From contig JBBCAW010000052.1 in NCBI GenBank assembly GCA_051382295.1, positions 2,512-66,511 on the forward strand: DNA of 64,000 nucleotides, in the 5' to 3' direction. Numbering within the stretch: the stretch's first letter is position 1; every line of letters begins with the position of its first letter. Below the pieces are notes generated by a model. It worked only from the letters and a program-made list of their open reading frames with translations, was not told where the DNA came from and made no database searches. Below are positions 48,435 through 55,681 of this stretch, piece after piece. A program made the position numbers and the translations under genes. Origin of the DNA: Bdellovibrionota bacterium FG-1 (lineage in GTDB: Bacteria > Bdellovibrionota > UBA1018).

Positions 48435-50474
48435 TCAAAATTTCTGCGCAGCCACATCAAAAAGACGAGTCATCATCGTGCCCGGATCAAAAACCCGGAC
48501 TTTGCGACGGATACTGCCGCCGGAGGTTGGAGAATCAACCTCAAGCTCGCGCTCCTCGGAGGCCGCAACCACGACTTCCTTAATTTGTTCTGGACTCGCT
48601 TCTGGATAGCGGGCCGCCAAAGCCGCAGCCGCGCCTGAAATTGCAGGCGTCGCGCAAGAAGTTCCGCTCGGACAAAGATCGATATACGACTCATAGGCAT
48701 AAACATCCACCCGTTCACCGTAGTTAGAATACGCTGCGATCCGGTCATCTAAAATCCCCTGCTTGAGCGCGCCCACGCAAAGAATTCGCGAGTCGACTCG
48801 TTTAGCAGGAGGCACATCACTCAGGCAAGCTGAAACCGAAGATTGCTCGACTGCCACTGCGCCATTTCCGGCTGCCATGACCCAAAGCCAAGGGGCACGA
48901 AGCACGGCGTCTTCGTGGTGAGAACTCACCAAAAAGGGTTGAAGTGGAAAAATGGCAGAAATCGAAACAATTTTGGGCCGAACCGCGGTAGCGGGCGCAA
49001 GGGCCTGGGAGATCAAAGCATCTTGAAAGGAAAGCGGACTTTGCCAATTACTAAAAGCCTCCCAAGGTGCGGCAAGATAATTGCGGATACTATTGGTTTT
49101 CCAAACCGCCAAATCGAGCTTCCGGTCCTTCAACACATCAGGTGCAAAATGAGCGAGCGTTGTCAAAATCGTCGCGGTCGTTCCTGAACCATGGCCATCC
49201 ATCCCTCGAGCGGGGAGATAAGGATTCAAATCATCGTCACCATAATCATAGGAGGCGATGGATCCGTTTTGCCCATTTCCCAAAAACAAACCCAGCTCAG
49301 GATACCGCACAAAATCTAGGCCAGTGTCCAACACCGCCACTCGAACCGCATCGACAGAGGGAGGCGCATGAACTGGGGCTTCTGGATTGTCCTTATCCAG
49401 CCACTGTTGATAAAATTTACGCTGTTGCGAAACCAATCCTACGCCACCGCCCATTTCCGCTAAAGTTTGTTGGAGAATATCGAAAGGGTTTTCGCGAACC
49501 CCAAGGGGCACAGTTTCTCGTCCTTGATCTGGCGAAACCGCAATGAGCGCCAAGGGATGGAGCATCGAAAGGGGAAGATTCTTCAAGTTGTTGGGCACTT
49601 GTAACCCCGCAGCGAGGAGAACTTCAACCACGCGTGCTCCCGTCTCTTCGCCGGTCAAATCCTCCGAGGTATCCCGAAGACGCAACAAGAGCTGCCAACG
49701 AGAGTTTTTGCTGGCAAAATGCTCAAGCACGGACCGATGAGCATCTACTGCCAAAAATACCCGAGCTTCAGCCTCTTTGAGGGCATGGTAGCGTCGATGA
49801 GCAAGCCTGACTACCTCGTCGAGTTCGAAGTCACGATAGCTTTGTCGAACGTTAAAGGGCGACGGGGCCTGCCCCAATCTCACTTGGATAAGCCGTTCAA
49901 GAGGCATAAAATGGCTATTCAAAAAAACTTCAAGATCCCCATCACTCAACTCCGACAACGCGGCTTGGGCGGAGGTCATGGCAAAAGTTTTATAATAGAT
50001 GAACGCGTCGAATGCCAGATCGGCGGATTTCATTTGGGCACGAACGCATTTGCCAAACTCGATCAGAGCAGCCGTCCAAACCGCTTCGGAAGCACCTGCC
50101 GCCACGACTGAAACGAAACCACAGGGATCGGTCGCGACGTCCGCCTTGATTGAAGTGACGGCGCTCGAAGCGCTGGACGGTCCTATGGCTTGGGTCACAT
50201 CTAGCGGGTCTTTAAAAATGTCTTTTTCGATTTGCCCCTCGATTTGCCGAATGAGCAGCCCGGAACGCAAATTTTGAATCGTGTGATCCATGAGAACCGC
50301 ATCATGCGCGGCATCAGAAACGGACGTCGTCGAAGGCGTCTGTGAGCTACAGGCTGCCAAAGTGCTCACACTGGCAAACCCAAGAGCCCAAACCCAGTCA
50401 CCTAATTTGAGCGTTTCATTTGTTTGTAACAAGTAGACCTCACTTCTAGTCTGGCTTTGTACTAAAAAACTCAA
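48435..50474 (-). CDS. S8 subtilisin-like serine protease, probable lipoprotein (start uncertain)
   Basis: VAVLDTG (Asp), GHGS (His), AAGN, YSNYG and SGTSCATP (Ser); LAAC lipobox. Confidence 0.85.
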   Translation of the reverse strand: MSFLVQSQTRSEVYLLQTNETLKLGDWVWALGFASVSTLAACSSQTPSTTSVSDAAHDAVLMDHTIQNLRSGLLIRQIEGQIEKDIFKDPLDVTQAIGPSSASSAVTSIKADVATDPCGFVSVVAAGASEAVWTAALIEFGKCVRAQMKSADLAFDAFIYYKTFAMTSAQAALSELSDGDLEVFLNSHFMPLERLIQVRLGQAPSPFNVRQSYRDFELDEVVRLAHRRYHALKEAEARVFLAVDAHRSVLEHFASKNSRWQLLLRLRDTSEDLTGEETGARVVEVLLAAGLQVPNNLKNLPLSMLHPLALIAVSPDQGRETVPLGVRENPFDILQQTLAEMGGGVGLVSQQRKFYQQWLDKDNPEAPVHAPPSVDAVRVAVLDTGLDFVRYPELGLFLGNGQNGSIASYDYGDDDLNPYLPARGMDGHGSGTTATILTTLAHFAPDVLKDRKLDLAVWKTNSIRNYLAAPWEAFSNWQSPLSFQDALISQALAPATAVRPKIVSISAIFPLQPFLVSSHHEDAVLRAPWLWVMAAGNGAVAVEQSSVSACLSDVPPAKRVDSRILCVGALKQGILDDRIAAYSNYGERVDVYAYESYIDLCPSGTSCATPAISGAAAALAARYPEASPEQIKEVVVAASEERELEVDSPTSGGSIRRKVRVFDPGTMMTRLFDVAAQKF

Positions 50475-50596
50475 CTTTGCGCAAACTAATTAAATCAGGT
50501 ATTTACCGCATCAATCTCCTCGATTTTAATAACAATTTCATCGACTTATTATTACTCATCGAGTCAGCGGCTTTTTTGTGTTACGATGGCGCCAAT

Positions 50597-50956
50597 GGGC
50601 CCGTTCTGGTTTCGACGGGAGTATCGAAGTCCCAGATGCGTGTCGAGGTGACGCAGGCCTCGTAAAAAAGCGTCAAAATGTAATTGGCACTGCTGATTAC
50701 GCAATGGCCGCTTAATCGCTAGTCGATTCAAGCACCACGTTTTACCTGAGTTCTCCCATGACCCAGGCTAAAACGACATTCAGTGGGATAGTCCTTGGTT
50801 TCTCGCAGATGGACCAGGGGCGAAACTAAAGTCTGCGGAGATGAAGTGAACTTTGCCGGTGGAGGTCACGTCATTTATCTAAAACACTTGCTACACACGT
50901 AGATTCTGGCGATGGAGTGCCTCCGGACGAGAGTTCGATTCTCTCCGGGTCCACCA
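50597..50956 (+). ncRNA. ssrA: tmRNA; tag peptide (A)GTADYAMAA encoded at 50686-50715
   Basis: GGGCCCG...GGTTTCGAC 5' end; GAGAGTTCGATTCTCTC T-arm; CGGGTCCACCA 3' end with G3:U pair; tag ends in AA-stop. Confidence 0.95.
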
Positions 50957-50966
50957 ATCTTGGAAC

Positions 50967-50998
50967 GGCTCTCACAGAGGAATCTGTGGGAGTCTTTT
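50967..50998 (+). terminator. Intrinsic terminator after ssrA
   Basis: GGCTCTCACAGA-GGAA-TCTGTGGGAGTC-TTTT. Confidence 0.75.
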
Positions 50999-51185
50999 CA
51001 TTTCGGGTTGTTAGGATTCAAGCAGTTACGAGTTCATAGCAGCTTCGACATTTCCCGGTCAGTCGCGAGATTTCGGGAATCTCCTATTTCTTTCCTACAT
51101 TCTTCCTACTTTTCGGCCCGCTTCAAGCCGTGCGCAGCACGGAGAAAAGGCGGGAATATGTAGCGCAAATCAAATCGTAGAAATG

Positions 51186-51312
51186 AAAAAGCCCAGGGTT
51201 GCCGCCCCAGGCTTTTCAAACTTTACCGTCATCAGCTCCTACTCTTAGCAGATCGGGAAGCTGAATCTTTGAACTAACCGAAGTCGCATTGATGCGGCTT
51301 CTGGCCGGTACA
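51186..51312 (-). ncRNA. Candidate counter-transcribed RNA (ctRNA) antisense to the parA-rep leader
   Basis: Minus-strand promoter at 51319-51347 and minus-strand terminator GCCTGGGG-CGGCAA-CCCTGGGC-TTTTT. Confidence 0.5.
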
Positions 51313-51318
51313 TCTCCA

Positions 51319-51347
51319 TTCTTAATGAGACGTGCCGCCACTGTCAA
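51319..51347 (-). promoter_or_regulatory. Sigma-70-type antisense promoter
   Basis: TTGACA-N17-TAAGAA on the minus strand. Confidence 0.5.
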
Positions 51348-51364
51348 CACGAATGGAGATCAAC

Positions 51365-52207
51365 ATGAATCAATCACCGTGCCCAATAATTGCCGTCACG
51401 AATCAGAAGGGCGGAGTCGGAAAAACGACCACCGCCATCAACCTCGCACAAGCACTGGCGCTGCAAGACTTGCGCGTGCTGCTCGTCGACCTTGACCCCC
51501 AAGGCAACGCCACTCAGGGCGTTGGCATTCGCCTGGAGACGATACAGGGCTCGATCTCGGAGATGATCCGCGACCGCGCGCTCCCTACCGACCGCGTGAT
51601 CTACAAGGGTGACGGTCTCGACCTGATCCCTGCGACACCCCTGCTCTCGCGTGTTGAACGCGAAATGACCTCGCTGACCAACTCCGAGCTGCGCCTAGCG
51701 CAACGTCTTCAGCCGCTTCGCACGCAATACTCGGTGATCGTGATTGATACCCCGCCAACATTCGGACCGCTCATGAATTCGGCCTTGAATGCAGCAAGTC
51801 AGCTTATCGTGCCGGTGGATTCAAGCTACTTCGCGCTTATGGGCATTAAGGAGCTGCTGACCGAAGTTGAAGAGATCCAGCGTGGCACCAATCCTCGGCT
51901 CACAGTGCTGGGCTACCTCCTGACGCTTGTCGACCCAACGAACATCGCGAATCAAACCTGGGACACGCTGGTTGGTAACTTCGGCCCGGCGGTTTTTGAA
52001 ACCAAGATCAAGCGGTCGGTGAAACTTCGTGAAGCGCCCGCGTTAGGCAAGACGATCTTCCACCATGCTCCTGAGAGCACGGGCGCGAAGGACTACCTCG
52101 GCCTCGCCAACGAGGTGATGACGCGCCTCGGGATTGGTGAGGTCTCTTCTGATTCGAACTACCCCCGCCCTGCCCTTGCAGTGATCCAAGGAGCGGCACA
52201 TGAGTAA
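51365..52207 (+). CDS. parA: ParA/Soj-family ATPase
   Basis: NQKGGVGKTTT deviant Walker A, DLDPQGN, IDTPP, EAPALG; GGAGA RBS before ATG 51365. Confidence 0.93.
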   Translation: MNQSPCPIIAVTNQKGGVGKTTTAINLAQALALQDLRVLLVDLDPQGNATQGVGIRLETIQGSISEMIRDRALPTDRVIYKGDGLDLIPATPLLSRVEREMTSLTNSELRLAQRLQPLRTQYSVIVIDTPPTFGPLMNSALNAASQLIVPVDSSYFALMGIKELLTEVEEIQRGTNPRLTVLGYLLTLVDPTNIANQTWDTLVGNFGPAVFETKIKRSVKLREAPALGKTIFHHAPESTGAKDYLGLANEVMTRLGIGEVSSDSNYPRPALAVIQGAAHE

Positions 52208-53714
52208 AGCTGATCTAAAAGCCGCGATGGAGTCCCTACAAGTCAAGAAGCCGCTCAAGCTCCAGGACAAGCACCCGCAGTTCAAGGTTCCTGCCACTAT
52301 TTCGGACCCCACCTGGGTTGCTGGGGAAACCCAGGTTGATCCAAGACCCCAGGTTGCTGTGGCAACCGAGGTTCCTCTACAAACCAAGGTTCCCGTAGCA
52401 ACCCCGGTTGCTGCACCGACCGAGGTTGCTGGAACAACCCAGGTTCCCGTGAGAACCCCGGTCGCTGTACAAACCCGGGTTGCGCCACCAACCCAGGTTC
52501 CTACAGAAACCCAGGTTGCTGAGCAAACCCCGGTCGCCATGGAAACCCTGGTTTCCGTACCGACCCCGGTTCCCACACCAACCCAGGTCGGCACACAAAC
52601 CCCGGTTCCTGGAGCAACCCAGGTGATCACCGAAGGGGACGGCACGCGAAGCGCTAGCGACCAGGACAGCTCGGTCACGCTCGAAGCCCAGACGGCGCCG
52701 AAGCTCCACCAGGGCTACACGCGGCTCCCCAACAGCATTCTCATGCGTATGGCCGCCGGTGATCTGATCCGAAGCGAGATGCAGATCCTGCTTTTGATCG
52801 CCCGATTCACGATCTCGTTTCAAAAGCGCTACGCGCCGTTGTCAAAGACGGTGCTGGAGCGTCAGAGCGGCCTGCGTGGACCCGCCATTCTCCAGGCCAT
52901 CTCTGATCTCCAGGCGAAGGGGCTCATCGAAAAGATCCCCGGTGACCAACACCGGCCAAATCAACTTGGCTTGGTCTTCGAGGACGAATGGGAGTTTTTT
53001 TCAAAATCCAAGGCCGCAACCACCTCGGTTCCTGCACAAACCCAGGTTGCTCCAGCAACCCAGGTTCCTGTGGCAACCCCGGTCGCTGCGGGAACCCCCG
53101 CCCCGGTTGCTGTACCGACCCCGGCGGGGGTTGCTCCAGCAACCCCCTTTAAAGATATTCTAAAATATAAAAACAACTCTCTCTCTGAACTTCCGGCGCA
53201 ATTGCAGAAATACTTCGGTGAACTCAAGCCCGCGAAAAAGAGAGATGGCGAGTGGCAGGCTTTTCAAAGCCTTCAGGGGGACTATCAGGCCGAAGACATT
53301 TCGGAGTGCCTGGAGCTGTTGCAGGAGCGAGGAATCAAGCGCCGAGGGCCAAACGGCGAAGAATCGCAGCCGTGCCATTCGCCAATGGCTTACCTCTCGA
53401 AGGCGATGAGCGATATCTTCGGCGAAGTCGAATTACGCAGGCAGAAGGTTCGCGAGCGCATCGAGCGGGAGCAGCGGGACACCGAGGCCGCTCGGGAGCT
53501 GCAGGAAAACGACGAACGCGAAGCCGCTGAGTGGGCGGTGAAAGAGCGGGCCTTTGCCGAAGCTCTACCCGAGGAGGATCGGCAGCACGAAGTGATTGCC
53601 GGATTGCTTGGAAATATGCCGTTTCGACCGAACAGTCAGGTTGGGCGGCGAATGGGCGTAGGCCTTTGGTGGGACGGTCTCTCGGAAAACGAGCGTCTGG
53701 AAGTCTTGGGGTAG
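52200..53714 (+). CDS. Putative replication initiator, lambda-O-like winged HTH, with repeat-encoded linkers
   Basis: GYTRLPNSIL...EMQILLLIARFTISFQKR...LS...SGL...QAISDLQAKGLIE resembles the phage replication protein O N-domain; internal repeats plus AT-rich tract; overlaps the parA stop. Confidence 0.7.
   Translation: MSKADLKAAMESLQVKKPLKLQDKHPQFKVPATISDPTWVAGETQVDPRPQVAVATEVPLQTKVPVATPVAAPTEVAGTTQVPVRTPVAVQTRVAPPTQVPTETQVAEQTPVAMETLVSVPTPVPTPTQVGTQTPVPGATQVITEGDGTRSASDQDSSVTLEAQTAPKLHQGYTRLPNSILMRMAAGDLIRSEMQILLLIARFTISFQKRYAPLSKTVLERQSGLRGPAILQAISDLQAKGLIEKIPGDQHRPNQLGLVFEDEWEFFSKSKAATTSVPAQTQVAPATQVPVATPVAAGTPAPVAVPTPAGVAPATPFKDILKYKNNSLSELPAQLQKYFGELKPAKKRDGEWQAFQSLQGDYQAEDISECLELLQERGIKRRGPNGEESQPCHSPMAYLSKAMSDIFGEVELRRQKVRERIEREQRDTEAARELQENDEREAAEWAVKERAFAEALPEEDRQHEVIAGLLGNMPFRPNSQVGRRMGVGLWWDGLSENERLEVLG
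52310..52625. repeat. Array of 18 palindromic units with an 18-bp period (AACCNNGGTT core) inside rep
   Basis: Cores at 52310, 52328, 52346 ... 52616, counted by hand. Confidence 0.9.
53021..53186. repeat. Second palindrome array plus AT-rich tract (candidate replication origin)
   Basis: Cores at 53021, 53039, 53057, 53075; perfect GGGGGTTGC-TCCA-GCAACCCCC at 53126-53147; AT-rich 53148-53186. Confidence 0.75.
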
Positions 53715-53880
53715 CAGCAGAAACGATCAATCAGCCACGGTGTCGGGCGGATTATTAAGCGACTCGCGCAGCAAATCCCGCATGCATCAAACGAGATCGA
53801 TTTGGAAACCAGTTTCTGCCCGTAGAATATCTGCGACGCAGAAGGTCAGCCACCTCACTGAAATAACTATGGAATATTGT

Positions 53881-53908
53881 TTGACGGCCTGTCAGTCATT
53901 GCTATAAA
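53881..53908 (+). promoter_or_regulatory. Sigma-70-type promoter of the HTH-BREX operon
   Basis: TTGACG-N16-TATAAA; GACGGC/GCCGTC inverted repeat overlapping it. Confidence 0.5.
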
Positions 53909-53957
53909 TTGCCGTCTGCTGGCAAAGTTTGTCCAAGATTTCATCTCAGGGGGATGA

Positions 53958-54218
53958 GTGACGATGACTCATGACGAGATCCTTACGTTACCGGAGGTCG
54001 CCGAATTACTGCGCATCGCGGAGAAGACTGTCTACTCCCTTGCGCAGAAAGCCGAGCTGCCGGCGTTCAAGGTGGGCGGGCAATGGCGCTTCAGTCGAGC
54101 GGCAATTGACTCCTGGATACAGGGACGGACATTGCCGCAGACGTTTGTGCCTAGAACTACGGGCAAAGATGTGCTGGCACCGGAACGCGCCAACGCTAAG
54201 CCACGGAGCAGGCAATGA
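53958..54218 (+). CDS. Excisionase-family (MerR-like HTH_17) DNA-binding protein
   Basis: ILTLPEVAELLRI...TVY...LPAFKVGGQWRF...IDSW. Confidence 0.88.
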   Translation: MTMTHDEILTLPEVAELLRIAEKTVYSLAQKAELPAFKVGGQWRFSRAAIDSWIQGRTLPQTFVPRTTGKDVLAPERANAKPRSRQ

Positions 54219-55084
54219 CTGTCATGAACGACGAGGCTGCATCATTTCATGCGGGATCGGAGAAGACGGATATAGGAGCCCACGGCATGGAAAAAGATGC
54301 ACAATCCACCCGGCATTTAGGTCGCGACATCGACATCTACAGCGCCCGTAACAGTTCAAAAGGTGCGCTAATCGTTGAGACCCGGGCGGTTTTCCATGCG
54401 CTTGCAAACGGCAGATCGCTCTCTCAAGTTCGAGACGCTTGCCACTCAGGAAAATTATTACGCCAATCGGCGCGAGAAACGAGGGGTCGCATCTGGGAGG
54501 CGATCCACTGGAGATTTTTTGCATGGAATCCACCAGCGTGGGTGATCGCCGATCTTTGTCATGCGTCAAGCAGTGACGCCACGTCGTCAGCTTTTGTTGG
54601 CCTTGTATATCTTCATAATGCCCGACGTGACCGCCTCACGTTCGACTTCGTGACGAACGAACTCTATGCTCTCCGCGCGAGTAACAAGAGTGAAGTACGT
54701 CGAGACCGTGTTATCGACTTCCTTGCTAATGCTTCCGACTCTCCAACTACACGCTGGCGCGAGAGCACACGGATAAAGCTTGCCGGCAATGTCCTGACCG
54801 CCCTGCGGGACTTTGGGCTCCTCACAGGCGTACAACGAAAGCTATTAAATCGTCCGGTCATCCCAATTGAAGTCGCGCTTCATTTGTGTCGGCTTCTCTC
54901 CGCTGAGGGATTAAGGGGTCGCGCACTTCTGGAAGCTCGGGACTGGCACCTCTTTTTCTGGGAACCACACGACATATCACTTGCTCTAGCGCAGCTCGCC
55001 CAGCGTGGCGATATCCGCTTTGAACGATCGGGACGTACAGTCATGCTAGATATTCCCGAGCATCCGCAGGGAGCGACCCCATGA
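54215..55084 (+). CDS. brxA: BREX protein BrxA (DUF1819-like)
   Basis: YSARN, W-x-EST-x-x-K...L...LRDFGLL motifs; first gene of the BREX order. Confidence 0.75.
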   Translation: MTVMNDEAASFHAGSEKTDIGAHGMEKDAQSTRHLGRDIDIYSARNSSKGALIVETRAVFHALANGRSLSQVRDACHSGKLLRQSARETRGRIWEAIHWRFFAWNPPAWVIADLCHASSSDATSSAFVGLVYLHNARRDRLTFDFVTNELYALRASNKSEVRRDRVIDFLANASDSPTTRWRESTRIKLAGNVLTALRDFGLLTGVQRKLLNRPVIPIEVALHLCRLLSAEGLRGRALLEARDWHLFFWEPHDISLALAQLAQRGDIRFERSGRTVMLDIPEHPQGATP

Positions 55085-55653
55085 GTGTCGCGGGAGATTG
55101 GGAATGGAAGCTACGCGAAGCAGTAGAGAGATTGCGCACTCGCTACGAACACATCGGTCGCAAAACCGGCGCCCCCTTTCTCGCGGTCGTCTATCCGCCA
55201 GAAGTTGAGAAAGCGCTATTCAAGGAATGGCGAACTCTAGCTGCGACGCTTGAGCCGGAGTTATCAATCCGAACAGTAGATGTCCTCGACGTCACATCAA
55301 GTATAGTCCGACAGTTCGGCGTGGACGCCCTCGTTGATTCGATGAAGGAACCGATGCCTGGTTCAGATCCAACATCGGAACTCGGATCGATGTGGACCAA
55401 CGCCGTAGCAACAAGTGTCCGCGAAGCAGCTCGAAAGTCAGGAAGCGCCCGTCCGGTGGTAGTGCTGGAGAGGCTTGCAGCCCTATATCCCGCGTCAGGT
55501 CCACGCGCGCTCATGCAAACACTTTGGGATAGCGACCATGCCGCACTAGATGGGCCGGTTGTCCTATTCATTCCGGGATTACTCTTGGAAGCCCGTGTGT
55601 ATCGTTTTGTCGGACAAATTGAGGAATTCATGTATCGAGGCGACATCCTATGA
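55081..55653 (+). CDS. brxB: BREX protein BrxB (DUF1788-like)
   Basis: VYPPEVE, ALYP, VVLFIPG and YRG motifs; position between brxA and brxC. Confidence 0.78.
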   Translation: MSVAGDWEWKLREAVERLRTRYEHIGRKTGAPFLAVVYPPEVEKALFKEWRTLAATLEPELSIRTVDVLDVTSSIVRQFGVDALVDSMKEPMPGSDPTSELGSMWTNAVATSVREAARKSGSARPVVVLERLAALYPASGPRALMQTLWDSDHAALDGPVVLFIPGLLLEARVYRFVGQIEEFMYRGDIL

Positions 55654-55681
55654 TGTCCGGCAAGGAACGAGGAGAAAAGCT

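Noticed and set aside
50477-51163. Short ORFs at 50477 and 50912
   Set aside because: Overlap tmRNA and att-like non-coding DNA; no recognisable motifs
52310-52625. Repeat array as a CRISPR array
   Set aside because: The period is only 18 bp with 8-bp variable parts, it lies in frame inside a CDS, and there are no cas genes in the window
52043-52678. 211-aa antisense ORF with T-x-V repeats
   Set aside because: Mirror product of the palindromic array; no RBS or independent domain
55550-55681. Extended N-terminus of BrxC
   Set aside because: Overlaps brxB; a strong RBS and the family start favour ATG 55682
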